DNA of 64,000 nucleotides from Amoebophrya sp. A120 (taxonomy: Eukaryota; Protista; Dinoflagellata), in the NCBI GenBank assembly GCA_905178155.1, contig CAJINV010000002.1, positions 7,949,655-8,013,654 of the forward strand, given 5' to 3'. This document shows, one piece after another, positions 58,845 to 64,000 of this stretch. The position numbers and the translations under genes are program-made. Numbering within the stretch: the first letter of the stretch is position 1; each line of letters begins with the position of its first letter. The notes beneath the pieces are model-generated. The model was not told where the DNA came from and did no database searches. It was given only the letters and a program-made list of their open reading frames with translations.

Positions 58845-61800
58845 CTATTTGCAGCACTTACCTTCTAGGAGGCTGGAATCCGGGAGAGGTCGCAGCTCTT
58901 GAATAACGGCACTACATTCGAGTAGTGATAGAGTCTCGGTCGGCAGCTGCCACTTTTTTCCGTCTAAGTAAGTTGCGGCGTCTCGCATTTTTTTGGTGTT
59001 CTCGGCTTTTCCGGCATAATCAGGAGTTCCAGTAACGCCACTTTCGATGAGGTCGCTTTGTACCGGATTGCTGAACAAACGCAACATGATATCAAGGCTC
59101 GTTGGCGGCATCAGCGTCGTTTGGGGTTCCGTTTTCAGGGCTACTTGACCGAATTCATCGTATTCCTCAAACCAACCGGGTGTAATCTTGGCCCCTCGTG
59201 GTTTATGGTGATGCAGGTAACCGACCTCCTCCACGTTACACCACGCATCGGGCGACTCCGCGTTTCCATCCATCACCTCCATTCCGTTGAGTAGGCGAAA
59301 AGCGTTACGGAAACCGCTCCCGTGCAATGCTACCAAAACTTCCTCACCCCGCTCCTGTCGCTCCGGCAATGATGGCGCTGCACGTCCCGGGGGCGACCGC
59401 TCCGATGGCGCCACTAGCCACTCACGGAATGTCGTCGGCTCATTGACGGCTATTTCCACATGGGTAAAGGTGAAACCCTCTGGCAGGTCGAGCAGCTGGC
59501 ACAAGTACCCGGTAAGCTCAACGAGGTCCGGGTGCAACGCCGTCGGGCTCGTTTGGCCGCGAAAGAGGCTCAACCCCAAGCACGTCTTGCCGCGTAGTGT
59601 GTTGGTAGTTATCCTACGAGAGACGAGAAGACCAACCAGTCTTCGGACAATATCCTTCGCTTCCTCGTATTCCGACACATTTTTCTCCTTGTTATCGAAC
59701 TCCTTGACACACTGAGAGACGAAGTACCACACGATTTGAAAGCTCTGTTCGTCAATTTTAAAGCTATCTTCAGCATCGGAACGCGGCGGCCGCAAATCCG
59801 CGTTACCGGGCCGCATGTTGGCGAGCCTTGTCAGCACCGCAGCAATGACGTAATCTTCCAATCCGCATTTCTTCAAATCTCGGGCAGCGGCTATTTCTTG
59901 CAGAGAACAAGCAGAATCCAACTCCTTCCAGAATATTTCCGCGTAAGCACTTGTGACCGAATTATTACCAGCCAGCTCATCGGCTGGAAAAGATGAGTCT
60001 TCTTGCTCCTGCTTTCCGGTTGGACCGAGCAAGAGTGTGCTCAAATACGTGAATACGACGTCGGCCTTGTTCCTGCTTGTACGAGCTGCAATATCAAGTG
60101 ACGGGGCTGCAACGTCGGCGAGATCGTCCGCGTGCGTCGTTGCTTGGTTTTGACCTTCCGTCTCTTTGTCCTTGTTGCCCAGCCCGAATCTCTCCATCTC
60201 CGCCACAGAGAAGGACTTTGAAAACTCGGGAGCGGCTTGTGCAGCTGCAACGTTTATTACTCCGGTCCGGACACGATTGCGACAGCGACTGGCATCGATG
60301 ACAGAAGCATCCCCTCCTCCGGAAGGGTATGATGCGGCTGAGCGGTCATGTATTTTCAAGTCATGGTCGTGGTCGTCGTTCGTCTTGGCTCGCGTGACAA
60401 ACTCTTGCGGCTCTGCCCCCGAATCTAGCTCCTCGCGCGGATGAGTGCCTCGGAAGTGCAGCAGCGGACGCGGTGCTGCATACTTGAAAGAGGTACGCGT
60501 ACTTGTCACCGCTTGATGCTGTCCTTGATCACTTGCTTCGAAGCTGCAGCTGGGTCCTGGTGGCACTGCTGTAGTACCTCGATGGCCATGGTGTCCGCTT
60601 ACGGAATGTTGGGCGTGAGGACTATACTGCGGCACGCCCCGGATTTCTTTCTGGTGCTGCGCTTGCCCTCCAGTATGTGCATGGGTAGCTGGGTCCGTGC
60701 CCGTGCTGGCGAGGTCGTCGCCTAACAACCTTGCAACACGAGCGCCTCCGACACCAGATGAACTCGAACTCGAAGAGAAAAGCGCGCCGCCTCCTGTTGA
60801 AACCTGGTTGGGCGCCGTCGAAAAAGTGTGGTCGACTTTCATGGTCGGCCTTGAACCAGTCGACCTGGAGGAAACCGCAACTGCGGAGCCCGACACTTCC
60901 AGCGCCACCGCATCCACCCTTCGCGAGACCGCACTGACCGACACGTGCTCACCAAGGAGGCGCTGGCGCTTCGCCTTCTCCTCCCCTATTGTCTCCGAAT
61001 CGAAAGCGCTGGACGCAGCAGTGGTCAGAGCGGGCACGGGGAACTTCGGACCCACATTCAATCTTGTTCCGAATCGCTGCGCCTGTAGATCTACGTGGTC
61101 AAGTTCCCGGAGTGCATTGCACATGTCGCGCAGAGTACGCTGGACGACGTCCCTATCGCTATCCTCTTCGCGTGCGGCACCATCATCATGATGATCCGGA
61201 GACCGATAAGGATGGTCGTCCGTAGCCGGATCAACTCCGCGCATGGCCCCAGCTTCACCATCCCCACCTGCGTTGTCCGCGCCCTCGTCGTCGGGACCGA
61301 TTGGTTGCCCGGGGGCCTCTTGGCTTTCCCACGTGTGCCGCTCCGCATCGAGTTCCCCCCTCGCGACGAGATCGGCCCAGATCTCGTCGCATTTCTCCCG
61401 GGCGACCCGCTTCAACACGCCCGCGCGCATCCGCGTCCGGACCGCTTCCCTTTCGTCCTGACTCAAGCCGCTATCTTCGAGATGCCTCCGGCGCAGTATT
61501 GGCCTCATTACCGTGTAGCTGTAGGAGTCCGAAAAGATTTCGGAGAAACGCAGGAGCACTCGCGCCTCCGGCTTCTGCGAGGCAGCCTGCCGCGAGTACG
61601 CATTGGCAACGACCACCCACTGGTATCAGAGTAAACAAGTGCAGCAAGACAAATGTAAGCGCTTCGAACGCCGCCGCGTTTGAGCCCTCTCATGAACTGG
61701 TGGCTTTTCAAATTCTGATCATACCGGTGCTGCTTCTTTACTACTTCGAAGTAAAACGCACTCACACACTCTACACATGCTGTCGCTTCGCCACTCGTCA

Positions 61801-62428
61801 TGATTGGCTTTTGCTAACGACGTTGAGCACGACAATGTCTAAGTAGCCGACCGACTTGCTTTGCGCGCCTTTTGTTTACTCCGGATACCCACTTTTCCGG
61901 GAATCGCACAACACCGCCGGGGTAACACGGATAAGCGCGGGCTCGTGCCATGTTGGTGGTGTTGCTTCCCTCCGCGCCCAGTGCTGTTGTCGTTGAGCTC
62001 GAGGCGACGCTGCTGTGCGTGACAGGAGGGCCTACGTGATTGACTCGGCCCCGGTTGTAGGAAAAGCTACTAGATGAACTAGAAGTGGTACCCAGCAGAC
62101 CATCGCTCCGCTGGTGGTGCTTATCCTTATCGTCAGTCGCATCCCTGAGCAGCTCAGCATTGCCTCCCTGCTGATTGTCCCGGCAACCGGTCGACCTTGT
62201 ACTAGCGGAATGGACGCTGTAGATGCGGTCGCTCTGCGATTTTTTCTCGTTTGTGGCACCCTTGCGGACAAGGTGACCTCGCGCGGCGCTTTTCGCTTTT
62301 TTGCGAAGTGGTTTCGCGCTTTTTTTCTTCGCGGGAACTAGGTCGTCCGCGAGGAGGTCGTCTTCCTCGTCCTCAACGGACGAGGACTCAGAATCACACA
62401 GCTCGTGGCTTGGAGAAAACAAACTCAT
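58845..62428 (-). CDS. Hypothetical protein (923-aa ORF plus probable upstream exon 61814-62428)
   Basis: Long open frames on the majority strand. No domain recognised. Confidence 0.5.
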
Positions 62429-62593
62429 GATTTTCGCTAAAAGTCAATAACCATCAATCTGAATCATAAAGCAGCACTGCGCTACCGTCTGCGGAAATCG
62501 ACTACATCCGAGAGGAGGATGCATGTAGAGTATAAAGTCTGACAACGCTCAATCAGATACGCCTCCACTCCTTGGCACAACATCTCTGTAGAG

Positions 62594-63554
62594 TCATGAG
62601 CATGAGCCTGCTTGGGCCGACGAAACACACCAGCATCTCATGCCGATGCGCCGCTGGAAAATTGGCTTCGAAAAAATCATGACACTGACTGCGCGCGGGT
62701 TTTCTTCCATTATATCTGTCATCTTCACACACGGCATCTGCTTGCTTTTTGGACTGTACGCCAATTCGAGGCCACCACTTTTTTTGCAGATGAGCTCATT
62801 TCTGTTCTTCGCGTGCTCTTTGATTGCGTCTTCAATGAACTGGTGACTGTGTGTTGTATTGTGACTGCGGAGATCTACCTTCACTTCGTTATCTTCTTCT
62901 TCACTACATGTTGCTATAAGGCACTTCAACTTTTTCGACTCAAGTGGCATTTTACCATTAAAAAAAAGTGTTGCTCCACCTTGTTTCGACTCCTACTGCA
63001 CACGTCTATATGTATGTCTACTTGCTTTTGCTCCTTCCTGAAGCTTACTACACCACTCCGTACAAATCTTCGTGTTGCGGTGGCGTCAACTTGATTTCCA
63101 AGGCCAACGTGTACGAGTCGTTCCCCAGGTCGCGGCTCACCACGCAGTGGACGAAAATTTTGTCTTCAAAACTGTCCTCCCCGGGCACGGAAAACAGAGA
63201 ATCGGGATTGAATAACCCGCCAAAGGAGCGGTGGAAAAGTTGTGACAACGACGAGCTAGAACTCCTGCTGGCCGCGGCGTCGATGTCAATCTTCTCGGGG
63301 TCTTCTGCGTATGAAAAATCTTCGCTCGGGAATAGCGGTTGTACACTCTCGGCGGGCTGCTCCTGCTCGGACGCGGCGGCACTGGTGCCGTAAAAGTTCT
63401 CAGCAGAGGATAAGGACCTAGAGCTTCCCAGTACCTCGCTAAAGCTGATTCCGTAGTCGTTCGCTTTGGCAGCGATGAATGCCGCACTGCTACCGTCGCT
63501 GGAACGACGAGTACTGTCGGGTTCGGCGAAAAACTCCAAATCCCCTTCCGTCAC
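62594..63554 (-). CDS. Hypothetical protein fragments (ORFs 63048-63554 and 62594-62950)
   Basis: Co-oriented ORFs with protein-like composition. Join not resolved. Confidence 0.35.
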
Positions 63555-63804
63555 GAAGTCGGCGAAGTGGCTGATACTCTACGTCGCGTAATAAGCGGCC
63601 CTCAAATAAGGTCAGAGGTCACGAGACAACATTTGACGCCCGGACGCTTGTCGACAGAGCCTGACGCGCGTGACGTCGTATGGGCTAAGCACTAATCGAA
63701 CCGAAACCATGCCGCGCGGAGCACAAAGAATTTGCCAGGCAGACTAGCCTCTGCCTGCACTGTAAAGACCCTTGCATGCTAACCCCAATGCCGGCGACAC
63801 AGAA

Positions 63805-64000
63805 GCATCGGGGGGCTATCTGCCCTCTGCGTTTCTAAAAAGGGACCTAGCGCGGTTCTTTCGCAAAAATTCCGAGGGGCTAACCGCCCTTTGCATTGAT
63901 TTTGTACAGGAAATCTAGCCCGGTCCTGGGACAAAAATTTCGGGTGGCTAACCTCCCTTTGCATTTCAAAAAGGGAGGCTAGCCCGGTCCCTGGGCAAAG
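63805..64000. repeat. Degenerate ~63-68-bp tandem repeat running off the window
   Basis: Three units of gggggcta(a/t)c.nccct.tgc.ttt...aaggga..ctagc(c/g)cggt. Confidence 0.65.

Noticed and set aside
1-64000. CRISPR arrays, rRNA or tRNA genes
   Set aside because: No regularly spaced repeat-spacer array and no recognisable structural RNA gene. The dispersed repeats are introner TIRs.

Overview
Eukaryotic, intron-rich DNA, most likely from a parasitic dinoflagellate (Amoebophrya-like). This rests on dense non-canonical TIR/direct-repeat introns (introners), a dinoflagellate spliced-leader relic, and genes that almost all lie on the minus strand. Reconstructable genes are an EF-hand protein, an Asp/Glu-racemase-like protein, a CRAL-TRIO/Sec14 protein, a CPYC glutaredoxin, the AP-4 mu subunit, a modular Trp-repeat protein, REV1 and a GT31-like glycosyltransferase, plus several hypothetical proteins. 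About 20 introners of at least six TIR families (TAT...ATA ends, 5-bp direct repeats) interrupt exons, and removing them restores the reading frames. The main finding is that two copies of one ~280-bp introner family each carry a related retro-insertion at the same nucleotide, each with its own 18-19-bp target-site duplication. One insert is 10.1 kb, encodes a 1608-aa APE-endonuclease/RT protein and starts with a spliced-leader remnant; the other is a 1.3-kb non-coding version. This suggests an introner-targeting, site-specific non-LTR retrotransposon with a non-autonomous partner. Exon boundaries were worked out by eye and need RNA-seq.
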